From Promethearchaeati archaeon (lineage in GTDB: Archaea > Asgardarchaeota > Heimdallarchaeia > Heimdallarchaeales > Heimdallarchaeaceae): a stretch of 64,000 bases of DNA. The stretch covers positions 1 to 64,000 of the forward strand of contig JABLTJ010000014.1 in assembly GCA_013166775.1 (NCBI GenBank), given 5' to 3'. Shown here piece by piece: positions 47,242 to 58,039 of this stretch; positions within the stretch are counted from its first letter, which is position 1, and every line of letters begins with the position of its first letter. The notes under the pieces were generated by a model. It saw nothing but the letters and a program-made list of their open reading frames with translations. It did no database searches and was not told where the DNA came from. The position numbers and the translations under genes were made by a program.

Positions 47242-49437
47242 ATGGTCAAAATAGTTTTCAAAGAGATTGAAAATCTCATGTTGTTGGGAGATTATGAAGA
47301 AGCTTTAGATGTGATTGCTAAGCATCAATTGAATAAACAATTAACTGATGACGAATTATTTCATCTATTATCCTGCAAATGCATCTCTTTAAACTGCCTA
47401 GGTGATTATGAAGAAACTATTAAAACGGCACAAGGATTTCAAATCGAAGCTAAATCTAAGCAGAGAACGATATTTGAGGTTGATGCAAGATTATTTTCTA
47501 TATTTGCTTTTTACAGGTTAAATAAAATTGAACAAGCTCTAAAAAATGTTGAACAAGCAGAAAAAATAATAGATAGTTGCTCAGAAGAAGAGATAGATCA
47601 AAGAAAATCAAGATTACTTGCAGATAAAGCACTTCTTTACGCAAGTAAAGGAGAAGTTAACCAAGCTTTAGCTTTATCGCAAGAAAACCATATACTATGT
47701 CAAAAAATGAAAGTTCCTCACTTATTAGCAAGAGCTCAATACATTTGTGGTATTGTACATAATGACATGGGAGAAAACGAAGAAGCTATAGATTACTTTG
47801 AAAAAAGCTTGGAAATAAGAGAGAAATTGGAGAATCAATATGATTTAGCACATTCACTATTTCGATTAGGATATTCTTGGAGAAATTTAGGTGTATTTGA
47901 TACTGCTTACGAATATTTTAACAGAAGCTTGAAAATTAGAAAGAAAATAAGAAACCAACAAGATATTTCATGGACTCTTTTGAACATCGGAGATATCCAT
48001 TTTGCAAGAAAAGAACTAAAAAAAGCTCAACAATATTTTGATGAATCACTTTTAATAAACCAAACTAATAATTTCGATTTTGGTACAGTATTCTCTTTAA
48101 GAAGATTAAGTATGATATATGAAGAGATGGGAAATCCACAGTTAGTTATAGATACATTAGAAAAAGCTCTCAATTATGCACAGGTTTTGGAAATGGTTGA
48201 TCCTGAAGCTTATGCTCTGTTCGATATTATTAATTTTATAACATGTTTGAATGATGAATTATCAAAGGATATACAAAACAACAATAAATTGATAGAGAAA
48301 GAAACAAGAGAATACATTAAAGAAAAATATAGTATGTTAGATGTCTATTTAAACAGACTTTCAATCATCAATTATCTTCACAAAACTAAATTATATAATC
48401 AAATTTATCGTCTTGCTCGAGCGTTAATACTTAAATCAAGCGATAAAGCTAAAGATAAGCAAAAAGCTCGAAGGATATTAGAAGAAATTACTGAAGAGGA
48501 TATTATCTATTATATTTATACAATAGTTGCCATGTCAAATTATAGTGATCTACTTGCGGATGAACTAAAAAAACACCTAGGAGAAGAGGGACTTGTCAGT
48601 GAGTTGACAGATCTCTCACATATGCTTTCTCCTGAACAATCTCAAAGAACATATGCAATAGCAGCAGAGAGTTTTCTCCATCAAACTAAAACTGCTCTTG
48701 AAGAAATAGATATAGCTAAAGCGAGAGAATTACTTAGAAGGGCTCAAAATTTAAATAATTTTTTGGTATTGTATAACAAGGGTCCTACACCTTTTAGAAT
48801 CTTATACATTCTTTACATAAAAGAAACCAATCTAAATGAATTAAGTAACAAACTTGGAATAACAAAAGGTGCATTAACGAATCATCTAAAGCTTTTAACG
48901 AGTTTGAATTTAGTAAAAATATCTAAAGAGAAACAAATCCGTTCAGCTACCATGCTTAAAAAATATTATTCCTTGGGAGAAAAAGGAATGGAATTAATCC
49001 AGAGGTTCAACCTGAATATTATAGAATCAATTTCAGAAGGAGAAAAAGAGGGTAAATCCATTCTTGATACTCAAATGACACCCAGACTATTAACTAAAAT
49101 GATAAGAGATGTAACATATCTGATAGATAAAGGACAAAATTTTGTTGAGGAACATATTTTAACACAGTCTTTTGATAATCATTCTGAAAGGATTTATATT
49201 GATAGTTTATTCTTAACAAAAAAACAATATAAAATATACATTAAATTATGGGATGAGTTTAGAGAAAAAGTTCAAAATGAAGTAATCAGTGAAAACACAG
49301 ATTCACCTATGTACCATTCTATTGAAAAACCGACTTATATTGCACATCTAGCTCTACCTCTAAGAGATCTCATAGATCTTGAAAGATTCTTAGAAGAGAG
49401 AAGAAGAAAAAATGAAAAAAACAGAAAGAATATTTAA
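47242..49437 (+). CDS. TPR-repeat protein with C-terminal winged HTH (ArsR-like) domain
   Basis: TPRs (GENEEAIDYFEKSLEIREK, GVFDTAYEYFNRSLKIRKK); HTH NLNELSNKLGITKGALTNHLKLL..KYYSL. Confidence 0.85.
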   Translation: MVKIVFKEIENLMLLGDYEEALDVIAKHQLNKQLTDDELFHLLSCKCISLNCLGDYEETIKTAQGFQIEAKSKQRTIFEVDARLFSIFAFYRLNKIEQALKNVEQAEKIIDSCSEEEIDQRKSRLLADKALLYASKGEVNQALALSQENHILCQKMKVPHLLARAQYICGIVHNDMGENEEAIDYFEKSLEIREKLENQYDLAHSLFRLGYSWRNLGVFDTAYEYFNRSLKIRKKIRNQQDISWTLLNIGDIHFARKELKKAQQYFDESLLINQTNNFDFGTVFSLRRLSMIYEEMGNPQLVIDTLEKALNYAQVLEMVDPEAYALFDIINFITCLNDELSKDIQNNNKLIEKETREYIKEKYSMLDVYLNRLSIINYLHKTKLYNQIYRLARALILKSSDKAKDKQKARRILEEITEEDIIYYIYTIVAMSNYSDLLADELKKHLGEEGLVSELTDLSHMLSPEQSQRTYAIAAESFLHQTKTALEEIDIAKARELLRRAQNLNNFLVLYNKGPTPFRILYILYIKETNLNELSNKLGITKGALTNHLKLLTSLNLVKISKEKQIRSATMLKKYYSLGEKGMELIQRFNLNIIESISEGEKEGKSILDTQMTPRLLTKMIRDVTYLIDKGQNFVEEHILTQSFDNHSERIYIDSLFLTKKQYKIYIKLWDEFREKVQNEVISENTDSPMYHSIEKPTYIAHLALPLRDLIDLERFLEERRRKNEKNRKNI

Positions 49438-50510
49438 TCATTTTCTCTTGTGTTTTTGATGAATTTCCGCTTCCTAAGTTTTACAGTATTTCTTACAGCA
49501 ATAACAACCTCTGAGAATGCGAAAATTCCAAACGAATATACAATGAAAACTATTACAACAATTCTTACAAAAGGAGAAAATGACTTATCAAATCTCAGAT
49601 ATAGATAAATCAAACCAGTGCCAAGTTCATAGAAAGGTTGAAAGATGTCATAAACCAGATTATCCTTATATCTTCCTAGGATTTCAACTCCAAATGAATC
49701 TATAATAAATTCCGTTTTTCCTTCTCTTAATTGATCCATCAATGCTTCTTTAGTGAATTCAGTTACATTGATAGCAGTCCATGCATTAACTTTTCCTCCA
49801 TCGGATCTATCAGGTGAGTGTATATCTGTTCCAGTAATCAGACTTATCGAAACATTATGTTCTAAATAATAATCATATGATAAGTGATCAAAGTCTTGTC
49901 CATTCACTATTTCAAAAAAATCTACTCCCCATGATACTAATTGATTTCTTGAAGGAGTAATATCCCCAAATGATCTTTCACTGTATAATAAATGATTAGC
50001 AGTTACAACCCCTCCTTGATTATGAACTTCATTTATTGCTTCAATAATATCTTCTGTAGTTGGATTTAGAGGTATCTTCAGGTTCCATTCCTCAATACCT
50101 AAAAAATTTAGATGTAATCGTCTAGTTGTCCATTCCATTCCTTGAAGAACTATTATCTCATTTTTGTATTCATTTGCTAAATCAGCGATCTCCTCAGAGT
50201 TTTTTAGTGTGTTATGATCTGTTATAGCGAAAGCATTGAATCCCAAAGCTTTATGCCATTCAATACTCTGTCTTATAGTTAATTTTCCATCACTATATTT
50301 TGTATGTGAATGCTGATCAAATAATATATCATAAGTTACATTTGTATTAGGAACAAACGGCTGAAGATCCTCCCAGCTGTCGTCAAAATAATTTCTTTCA
50401 GCTGGTCCAAATTTCGCTAAAAGTACGCTTATAATCATTATGGAACCTATAATTAGGAAGAACACTAATAGATGTTTTACTATTTTCGGTAACTTCCTAG
50501 GGAGTTTCAT
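49434..50510 (-). CDS. Membrane-anchored PHP-domain phosphoesterase
   Basis: DQHSHTKYSDG, ITDHN, GMEWT, NH, GTDIH; N- and C-terminal TMs. Confidence 0.88.
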   Translation of the reverse strand: MKLPRKLPKIVKHLLVFFLIIGSIMIISVLLAKFGPAERNYFDDSWEDLQPFVPNTNVTYDILFDQHSHTKYSDGKLTIRQSIEWHKALGFNAFAITDHNTLKNSEEIADLANEYKNEIIVLQGMEWTTRRLHLNFLGIEEWNLKIPLNPTTEDIIEAINEVHNQGGVVTANHLLYSERSFGDITPSRNQLVSWGVDFFEIVNGQDFDHLSYDYYLEHNVSISLITGTDIHSPDRSDGGKVNAWTAINVTEFTKEALMDQLREGKTEFIIDSFGVEILGRYKDNLVYDIFQPFYELGTGLIYLYLRFDKSFSPFVRIVVIVFIVYSFGIFAFSEVVIAVRNTVKLRKRKFIKNTREND

Positions 50511-50574
50511 TTTTACTACATCTATGTTTTTTTATAATAGATTTAAATTTCATCTAAGAGTCCTATTACTTTCC

Positions 50575-50976
50575 TCATTTAATTGTATCTGAATTCTTAT
50601 AGTGATCTGCTGATATATCATCAAATAGAGTAGCTACTTCACTGAGAAATGCTATCTTCTTAGCTGCTTCACTGTAAAAATCACCTATTGTTCTTTCTAT
50701 TTTCTTTCCGATTATACTCAATGAAAAGCTTTTCACGTTTTCCTCGATTTGTTGAGCTATTTGATATAGATTTGGACTAAAATCCTTTATGGGTTCGAGG
50801 ATCATTTCAGTAGTATTTTCTCTTCGAACTCTTATCAGCTTTTTGATTCTTTTTTCATACTGAGGAAGCAAGTTCTTGAAATCTTCACAATCTATGTTGT
50901 TTTCATAAAATTCCTTAGCTTGGTCTTCTATTTTCACAGCAAATTTCAATACAGCCCCTAATGTTACTAAACTCAT
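50575..50976 (-). CDS. Ferritin/rubrerythrin-like protein
   Basis: LKFAVKIEDQAKEFY and IERTIGDFYSEAA helices. Confidence 0.7.
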   Translation of the reverse strand: MSLVTLGAVLKFAVKIEDQAKEFYENNIDCEDFKNLLPQYEKRIKKLIRVRRENTTEMILEPIKDFSPNLYQIAQQIEENVKSFSLSIIGKKIERTIGDFYSEAAKKIAFLSEVATLFDDISADHYKNSDTIK

Positions 50977-50987
50977 TAATTCACCTT

Positions 50988-52445
50988 TTAGAACCATCTT
51001 GTAATAACTACTTTCTCTTCAGTGAAGAAATCAACAGCATTTTTCCCTTGACCATGAAGATCTCCTTTGAAGCTGTCTTTCATTCCTGAGAAAGGAAAAG
51101 TAGCAATTGGAGCAGCTACACCTACATTTATTCCAATATTTCCTGCTCTTACATTATATTGATATTCTCTTGCTGTTTTCCCATCAGAAGTGAATATTGA
51201 AGAAGCATTACCATAAGGATTAGCATGAATTATATCTATAGCATTGTTTAGATTTTTAACTTGTATTATAGGTATCACTGGACCAAAAATTTCATCCTTA
51301 GCTATTGTCATTTCAGGAGTAACTTTATCGAAAATTGTAGGACCAATAAAGAATCCTTTTGAAAGCTTATCCTCAACTTCAACATTTCTTCCATCAAGAA
51401 TAAGTTCAGCTCCTTCATCTATACCTGTCTCAATAATTCTAAGAACATTTTTCATCCCAGCTTCTGATGCGAGTGGTCCCAGATGTACGCTTTCATCTAA
51501 TCCATCACCAACTTTAATTTTCTTAGCTGATTCAAGAATTGCATCTTTTAAGGATTCATAGATATCTCCAACAGCTAGAAGAACACCACCCGCAAGACAT
51601 CTTTGACCAGTGTTACCTAAGAAAGATGTTATTAGATTAGGAACTGTTCTTTCGAGGTTTGCATCTGGCATAACTGTGATGAAGTTTTTAGCCCCTCCTT
51701 GTACTTGAACTCTTTTTCCTGCTTCCCCACATTTCTTGTACAAGAGTTTTCCAACTTTTGTTGAACCTACAAAAGACATACCAATTGTATCAGGACTCTC
51801 AATGAGTGTATTGACTGCTTCAGCTCCTCCATGAACTAGATTAATTACCCCTTTAGGTAATCCTATCTCATCTAGAAGCTCGAATTGTTTTACCATAGTT
51901 AAAGGGCATTGATCTGAGGGTTTGACAATATATGTATTTCCTGTTGCAATTGCATAGGGCCAAAACCATGAAGGTACCATTGCAGGAAAATTAAAAGGAG
52001 CTACGCAGAAGAACACACCTAGAGGTTGTTTGATTACCATCTCATCTATACCTGAAGCTACATCCTCAAAATTATACCCCAGTTGAAGAGATGGGATACT
52101 AGTTGCTACTTCAACATTTTCTATAGTTCTACGATATTCTCCTATAGACTCATCTATGATTTTTCCATGCTCGAGAGTAGTAATTTCTGCTAGCTCCTCA
52201 AAGTTCTCTTCCAAAGCATCACGAAAATCAAAAAGATAACGGATTCTAGATTGAGCTGGAGTTGTCCTCCACTTCCAGAAAGCTTCTTTAGCAGCTTCAA
52301 TTGCTTGGTTAACTTCTCGACTTGTACTCATAGGTGTCTTTGCAAGCAATTCTCCAATTGCAGGATTAATAACATCTCTCGTCTTTTCTGATTCTGATTC
52401 AACCCACTTCCCGTTTACATAATTTTTAAGAATTTCTCCTTTCAT
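50988..52445 (-). CDS. mmsA: CoA-acylating (methyl)malonate-semialdehyde dehydrogenase
   Basis: PFNFPAMVP, VKPS, SFVGST, KRVQVQGGAKN, GQRCLA, EIFGPV, PFSG.KDSF.GDLH. Confidence 0.93.
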   Translation of the reverse strand: MKGEILKNYVNGKWVESESEKTRDVINPAIGELLAKTPMSTSREVNQAIEAAKEAFWKWRTTPAQSRIRYLFDFRDALEENFEELAEITTLEHGKIIDESIGEYRRTIENVEVATSIPSLQLGYNFEDVASGIDEMVIKQPLGVFFCVAPFNFPAMVPSWFWPYAIATGNTYIVKPSDQCPLTMVKQFELLDEIGLPKGVINLVHGGAEAVNTLIESPDTIGMSFVGSTKVGKLLYKKCGEAGKRVQVQGGAKNFITVMPDANLERTVPNLITSFLGNTGQRCLAGGVLLAVGDIYESLKDAILESAKKIKVGDGLDESVHLGPLASEAGMKNVLRIIETGIDEGAELILDGRNVEVEDKLSKGFFIGPTIFDKVTPEMTIAKDEIFGPVIPIIQVKNLNNAIDIIHANPYGNASSIFTSDGKTAREYQYNVRAGNIGINVGVAAPIATFPFSGMKDSFKGDLHGQGKNAVDFFTEEKVVITRWF

Positions 52446-52590
52446 ATCATCACTTCAAGATAAAGAACCATTTTTCAACTCTAATCAATGAAAGATTATT
52501 TGCTTATAAGTTTTTTACATTCATAAACTCGAATATTTTAGAGGAGAAATTTTAAATACAATTTATCATATCAAAATCAAATTAAGTGAA

Positions 52591-53892
52591 GTGAACGAAT
52601 TGGATTCTAAAGAAATAATGAAAAAAGACAAAGAATTCTATGTTCAAGGATATAACAGAGTCCCTATAGTCTTAACAGAAGGGAAAGGAGCGATACTCAA
52701 AGATATAGATGGGGAGGAATATATAGATTGTTTTGCTGGAATAGCAGTATCGAATGTTGGACATGCTCACAAAAGATTAGTAAAAGCTGCTTCAGAACAA
52801 ATGTCCAAGCTAATCCACACTTCAGGTCGGTTTTTTAACATACCTCAAACGCTCTTAGTTGAAAAACTTGCTGAAATTACTCCAGAGAATCTGAAGTATA
52901 CATATCTTTGTAACAGTGGTACTGAAGCTGTTGAAAATGCAGTTAAACTTGTGAAGAAGTATGCCTACTCTAAAGGTAAAGCTGGAGCTGAGTTAATAGC
53001 ATTGGAATGTTCTTTCCATGGTAGATTAGGTTATTCATTAAGTCTAACTGGGCAAGCTAAATACAAGAAAGGTTTTGGAACTTATGCTAATGCCCCAGGT
53101 GTTGTTCATGCTCCTGTTCCATATAGTTATCGATCCAAATTACCTGAAGATGAGTTTGGTGTGGAAGTAGCTCTAGCTATAGGAGAAACAATTGATAGGC
53201 ACACTACTGGTGATGTTGCAGCGTTTATTATGGAACCAATCCTAGGAGAAGGAGGGATAATTGTCCCACCAGATTCATATTTCCGAACACTTACTAAAAT
53301 TCTAAAGGAGAGAGAAATTCCATTCATCTTAGATGAAGTCCAAACTGGATTTGGTAGAACAGGAAAATTGTTTGCAAGCAAATACTGGAATCTCAAACCA
53401 GATATAATGACACTTGCAAAAGGAATGGGTGGAGGAATGCCAATTGGAGCTGCAATTGCAACTAGCAAGATTGCTGAAAACGTAGAATCTGGTGATTTCT
53501 TTTCCACATATGGAGGGAATCCTGTTTGTAGTGCAGTTGCTCTTGAGAACATAGCAATCTTACATGAAGAAAATCTTATTCAAAATGCATCAAAAATAGG
53601 AAAAATCTTCTTTGAAGGATTGGAAGATCTACAATCTAAATATCCTGTCATAGGGGATGTGAGGGGTAAAGGATTAATGATAGGAATAGAACTAGTAAAA
53701 GATCTTGGGACTAAAAAACCAGCAACAGATGAAGCAAAGCTAATAGTTTCTTTTCTGAAAAACGAAGGAATTATAATAGGCTTAGGTGGAGTCTTCGGAA
53801 ATGTTTTACGACTTCAACCCCCATTATGTATTAATGAGGAACAAGCAAATCAGGTTCTAAGTAAGATAAGCCAAGGGATGAACATACTCTAA
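52591..53892 (+). CDS. Class III PLP aminotransferase (beta-alanine/GABA/acetylornithine type)
   Basis: NSGTEAVE, FHGR, EPILGEGG, DEVQTGFGRTG, LAKGMGGG, STYGGNP. Confidence 0.92.
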   Translation: MNELDSKEIMKKDKEFYVQGYNRVPIVLTEGKGAILKDIDGEEYIDCFAGIAVSNVGHAHKRLVKAASEQMSKLIHTSGRFFNIPQTLLVEKLAEITPENLKYTYLCNSGTEAVENAVKLVKKYAYSKGKAGAELIALECSFHGRLGYSLSLTGQAKYKKGFGTYANAPGVVHAPVPYSYRSKLPEDEFGVEVALAIGETIDRHTTGDVAAFIMEPILGEGGIIVPPDSYFRTLTKILKEREIPFILDEVQTGFGRTGKLFASKYWNLKPDIMTLAKGMGGGMPIGAAIATSKIAENVESGDFFSTYGGNPVCSAVALENIAILHEENLIQNASKIGKIFFEGLEDLQSKYPVIGDVRGKGLMIGIELVKDLGTKKPATDEAKLIVSFLKNEGIIIGLGGVFGNVLRLQPPLCINEEQANQVLSKISQGMNIL

Positions 53893-53975
53893 TAATAATG
53901 ATGGAATATTGTATTAAAGCTGTATTCCGGAAAGACTTTTTAACTAGTATTTTTCAAATCCACTTGTGATTTTAT

Positions 53976-54875
53976 ATGACAAATGGGAATATTCATCGAA
54001 TAACAATGAAAGATGTAGTTTACAATGCAGATAAGAATAATCCTCCTGTTTTAACTATCGAATCAGGGGAAACAGTTATTTTCGAATGCAAGGATGCTTT
54101 CAATCAAGTTATTCAGAAACCAGAGGATTTACCAATAGATTTTGATATGGAACACATTAATCCTGCAACTGGACCAGTTTTTATTAAAGGAGCTGAACCA
54201 GGAGATACGTTGGAAGTACATATTGAAAAAATCGTTGTTGCTGAGCAAGGATCCTGTTGTATCATTCCAGATTTTGGATACTTAGCTCCAGAGTATACTG
54301 AACCATGGACAAGAATTGTACCAATAAAAAACGGTATAGCAGAATTCAGTGATAAAGTAAAGATACCCATCGATCCTTTTCCAGGAACGTTAATTGTAGC
54401 ACCAACAGAAGTAACTCATGACCATGGGACTCTAATTCCAAAAGAGTATGGTGGAAATATGGATAGCAGAGCATGCACAGAAGGAACAACTGTTTATCTA
54501 CCTATATTTGTAGAAGGAGCTTTATTTGGCGTGGGTGATGTTCATGCTGTTCAAGGCGATGGAGAAGTATGTGGAACTGCTATTGAAGTTGATGCTGATG
54601 TTACAATAAAATTCATTGTTAATAAAACAAAGAAAATTGAAAGACCACAATATGAAACTAAAGAACATTTCATGACTACAGCTTGGGGAGAAACAATTGA
54701 CGAAGCCTGTAAAATAGCGTTAAGAGATATGATAGATTGGATTGTGAAAGAAAAGGGCTTAACTAGAGAAGAAGCATATACGTTGTGTAGTTGTGTTGTT
54801 GATATGCGAATAAGCCAAGTAGTGGATATCACTCCAGGTGTAAGAGCTGTATTACCAAAATCAGTCTTTATCTAA
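53976..54875 (+). CDS. Acetamidase/formamidase family protein
   Basis: NPATGPVFIKGAEPGD, GGNMD, GDVHAVQGDGEVCGTAIE, ISQVVD. Confidence 0.93.
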   Translation: MTNGNIHRITMKDVVYNADKNNPPVLTIESGETVIFECKDAFNQVIQKPEDLPIDFDMEHINPATGPVFIKGAEPGDTLEVHIEKIVVAEQGSCCIIPDFGYLAPEYTEPWTRIVPIKNGIAEFSDKVKIPIDPFPGTLIVAPTEVTHDHGTLIPKEYGGNMDSRACTEGTTVYLPIFVEGALFGVGDVHAVQGDGEVCGTAIEVDADVTIKFIVNKTKKIERPQYETKEHFMTTAWGETIDEACKIALRDMIDWIVKEKGLTREEAYTLCSCVVDMRISQVVDITPGVRAVLPKSVFI

Positions 54876-54945
54876 TTTCAATTACGTCGATTGATATAAA
54901 GAGTAAAGAAGAAGAAAGGAAAAGTGTGAATCTAATGTCTAGATT

Positions 54946-56714
54946 CTATTTTCGCTTTCTATTTTGAAGTCTTTTTCCGCTAGCGAAAATACAGATTACT
55001 ACTAGAACAGCAAGGATTCCAGCAAGATTCATGTATTCGTAAACAGTTGGAACTCCTATCAGATGCACTGTTAACCAGGAATCCCAGCTGTCAGGTCCTT
55101 TAGCATATCCCATTGTCCAATCTTCGAATTCATCAATTCTATAGAGAATTTTTTCTCCTAGAATGTTAATCGGTAAATAAGGAAGATCATTAGCTACTAA
55201 TTCTTGAATAAAATCTAGTTTTTGTTTAATGATTATATCATCTGTTTCATATGATATTTCTTCTGTAAGGTCTGATACTTCGTTTCTAACAATATTATTC
55301 CATCCAGGAATGTTTACGTTATCTGAACCCCACCAAAGATTTTTGCTAAACAACCATTGTGCCCAGTGTGGATGGAAGTCACTCCAAAAACCAACCCATC
55401 CAGCGTAACACCAATCATAATCATACTTTCCTGGGTAATTGTAGTCTCCTCCAACTTGACCAACTCCACCAATTGCTTGCCATAGAACAGAGAATAGAAC
55501 TGGTGAAACAGATACGTTGATTCCCATTTCACTCATAAATCCTTTAATCAAGTTGACTGAATCAACAGATTCTTGTGATTCAGAGCTAACTAGAATTTCA
55601 AAAGATATTTCCGTACCATTAGCTTCTCTCCAACCATCAGCGTCAGAATCTATCACTCCTATACTATCAAGTGTGGAATTAGCTAAAACAGTATTATAAT
55701 TGTAGATTGGGATAGCAGGATTGTAGTAAGGTCCATAAGGAAGACTACATGATGCAAGACAGACTTCACCAATTCCAAATCTTGCAATATCAATAACCTC
55801 AACTTGATTTATTCCATAAAGTATTGCTCTTCTGAATTCAGTAATATTATTCGGATAACGTCGTTGATTCAAAGCTAGGTACATCCAATAATCTTGGTAA
55901 GTTGAATGAACGTTGATATCTGGATCTATATCAGCATAATCTACTTGAGAAGGTGTACATTCTTCCACAACGTCAACAGTACTAGAATTAAGATAATGAA
56001 ATGCCATTGATTGAACAGGGATTATTTTAATGATTTTTTGATTAACCCAAGGACCACTTAAGTGATAGTTTTCATGTCTTGCTAGTTCAATCTCAACTCC
56101 ATTAGTCATGCTTGCAAATTTAAATGGTCCACATCCTACTGGATTATCGTTAGTGAAATCATAGTAGTCGATATTTTTCCAAATATGTTCTGGGAGAATC
56201 CAGTCTGTACCAATATCAACTAGAACATCTACTGCTTTAAATCCATAGTCAAGTACTATTTCAACACTAAATTGACTTAATTTAGTTATTGATACAACGT
56301 TATCATATAACCAGTTTCGTCGAGGAATACCTGGATCATCAGCTAATGTTTGCCAAGTCCAAACCACGTCGTCTGCGTCGACAACCTGTCCATCATGCCA
56401 AAAAGCGTTAGATTTTATAGTAAAGGTATAAGTTGTTAGATCTGTCGAAATTTGCCAATCAGTACACAAAGCAGGTGTAGGTGAATTATTGACATCATAA
56501 CGTACATAGGTTCATAGATGTGATCAATGATATAACCTTCATTAGACATTCCCCAAAACCAAGGATTCAAGGTTAGAATATCAGAATCTATAACTGTTGT
56601 GAGAGTTCCCGCATAATCCATTTTTTGAGCGAGAGTGGATAGTGTTGTAGAAACTGATAAACTTGAAATGATTATTATAGTTATTAGAATATTTTTCCAT
56701 TTTTTCATATTCAT
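54946..56714 (-). pseudogene. Second peptide ABC substrate-binding protein, split by a 1-nt frameshift near 56505
   Basis: ORFs 56436-56714 and 54946-56469 join as HIYEPM/VRYDVNNSPTPALCTDW, matching paralogue HIYDPLVRLD. Long identical blocks (GWVGFWSDFHP, NQRRYPNN). Confidence 0.85.
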
Positions 56715-56807
56715 CTTTCCATCTTTGTAAACTGCAGTTTATTCTTTTATAGATTTAAAAAAATTTCTCGGTTAATATAGATTTCTTCAACTATCACGTT
56801 TTTTTGA

Positions 56808-58022
56808 ATGTTAGGTTTTTTAAGTGTGTATTTCCAAATATACGATAATAATAGGGTATTTGATTTGAAAAGAAGGAAGAATTTACTTGTTATGATTGTT
56901 TTTATTTTTTTAATTTTGTGCAGCTTTTATTCATTTACAATATCACTTTCTAGAGCAATAGAAAGAGATTACTGGCCTACTGAAGAATGGCAGGGTTCTA
57001 CACCTCACAAACAAAAGATGGATGGTACACGACTTGATGAAATGGTTGAATATATTGATGAAAATTCGTTGCCAGTTGATTCAATAACTATTATTAGAAA
57101 TGGATATATAATCTTCGAAGAACACTTTAGAGCTAGTTTCCCCGAGTTTAAACACGTGGTTTGGTCAGTAACAAAGAGCTTTACATCAGCGATATTTGGT
57201 ATAGCTTTTTTTGAAGGTTACATAGAGGATGTAAATTCAAAGGTAGTTGACTACTTTCCTGAGATTGAAATAGATGATTATTCTCTTGGAAAGGAAAATA
57301 TCACTTTAGCCAATTTACTTACAATGACAGCTGGTTTTGATTGGACTGATGATATAAATTGGATGCTTATGGTTAGCTCTGAGAATCAAATTGATTACAT
57401 ACTCAATTTACCTATGATTTTCGAACCTTGGTCAGGTTGGAATTATGATACAGGAGGGACTCATCTGTTGTCTGCAATAATTCAGAAAGCAGTAGGGAAT
57501 ACTACATTAGAATATGCAAAAGAAAAATTGTTTGAACCAATTGGAATTAGTGATTACACTTGGGACCTAGATAATCAAGGATATTACTATGGAGGACACG
57601 GAATTTATATGACACCAAGAGACATGGCAAGATTTGGGTATTTGTATCTCAATAATGGTATGTGGGATGGAGAGATGATAATTCATCCAGATTGGGTAGG
57701 TAATTCTACCCTTCCAGTCATCGATTTCAGTGGTGGAGAAGGTTATGGAGGTCTGTGGTGGATCAGTTATGGAGATGAATACTATGCTGCAAGAGGGAGA
57801 CATGGACAGATGATATATGTAGTTCCTGAGCACGATATTGTTGCTGTAGTTACAGCATATTTTACTCCAACAGAAGGAGGATACATTCCAGATCAACTGT
57901 TTGAAAATTACGTTCTTCAAGCTATAGAAGGTCCAATAGATGAGACATCAATTTCTTTCTTTTTACCTTTGGTAGTTGGTATAGCTTCATTAGTCGTTGC
58001 AGAAAAAAAGAGAAAGAGATGA
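56808..58022 (+). CDS. Secreted serine hydrolase, beta-lactamase/NylB-like family with TM+basic tail
   Basis: WPTEEW, SVTKS, LLTMTAG, NYDT, PRDMARFG, ARG..GQ. True start probably downstream of 56808. Confidence 0.88.
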   Translation: MLGFLSVYFQIYDNNRVFDLKRRKNLLVMIVFIFLILCSFYSFTISLSRAIERDYWPTEEWQGSTPHKQKMDGTRLDEMVEYIDENSLPVDSITIIRNGYIIFEEHFRASFPEFKHVVWSVTKSFTSAIFGIAFFEGYIEDVNSKVVDYFPEIEIDDYSLGKENITLANLLTMTAGFDWTDDINWMLMVSSENQIDYILNLPMIFEPWSGWNYDTGGTHLLSAIIQKAVGNTTLEYAKEKLFEPIGISDYTWDLDNQGYYYGGHGIYMTPRDMARFGYLYLNNGMWDGEMIIHPDWVGNSTLPVIDFSGGEGYGGLWWISYGDEYYAARGRHGQMIYVVPEHDIVAVVTAYFTPTEGGYIPDQLFENYVLQAIEGPIDETSISFFLPLVVGIASLVVAEKKRKR

Positions 58023-58039
58023 AAAGAAAAAAACTAAAA

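Noticed and set aside
56495-56515. Programmed frameshift in the second SBP
   Set aside because: No slippery heptamer or homopolymer at the site
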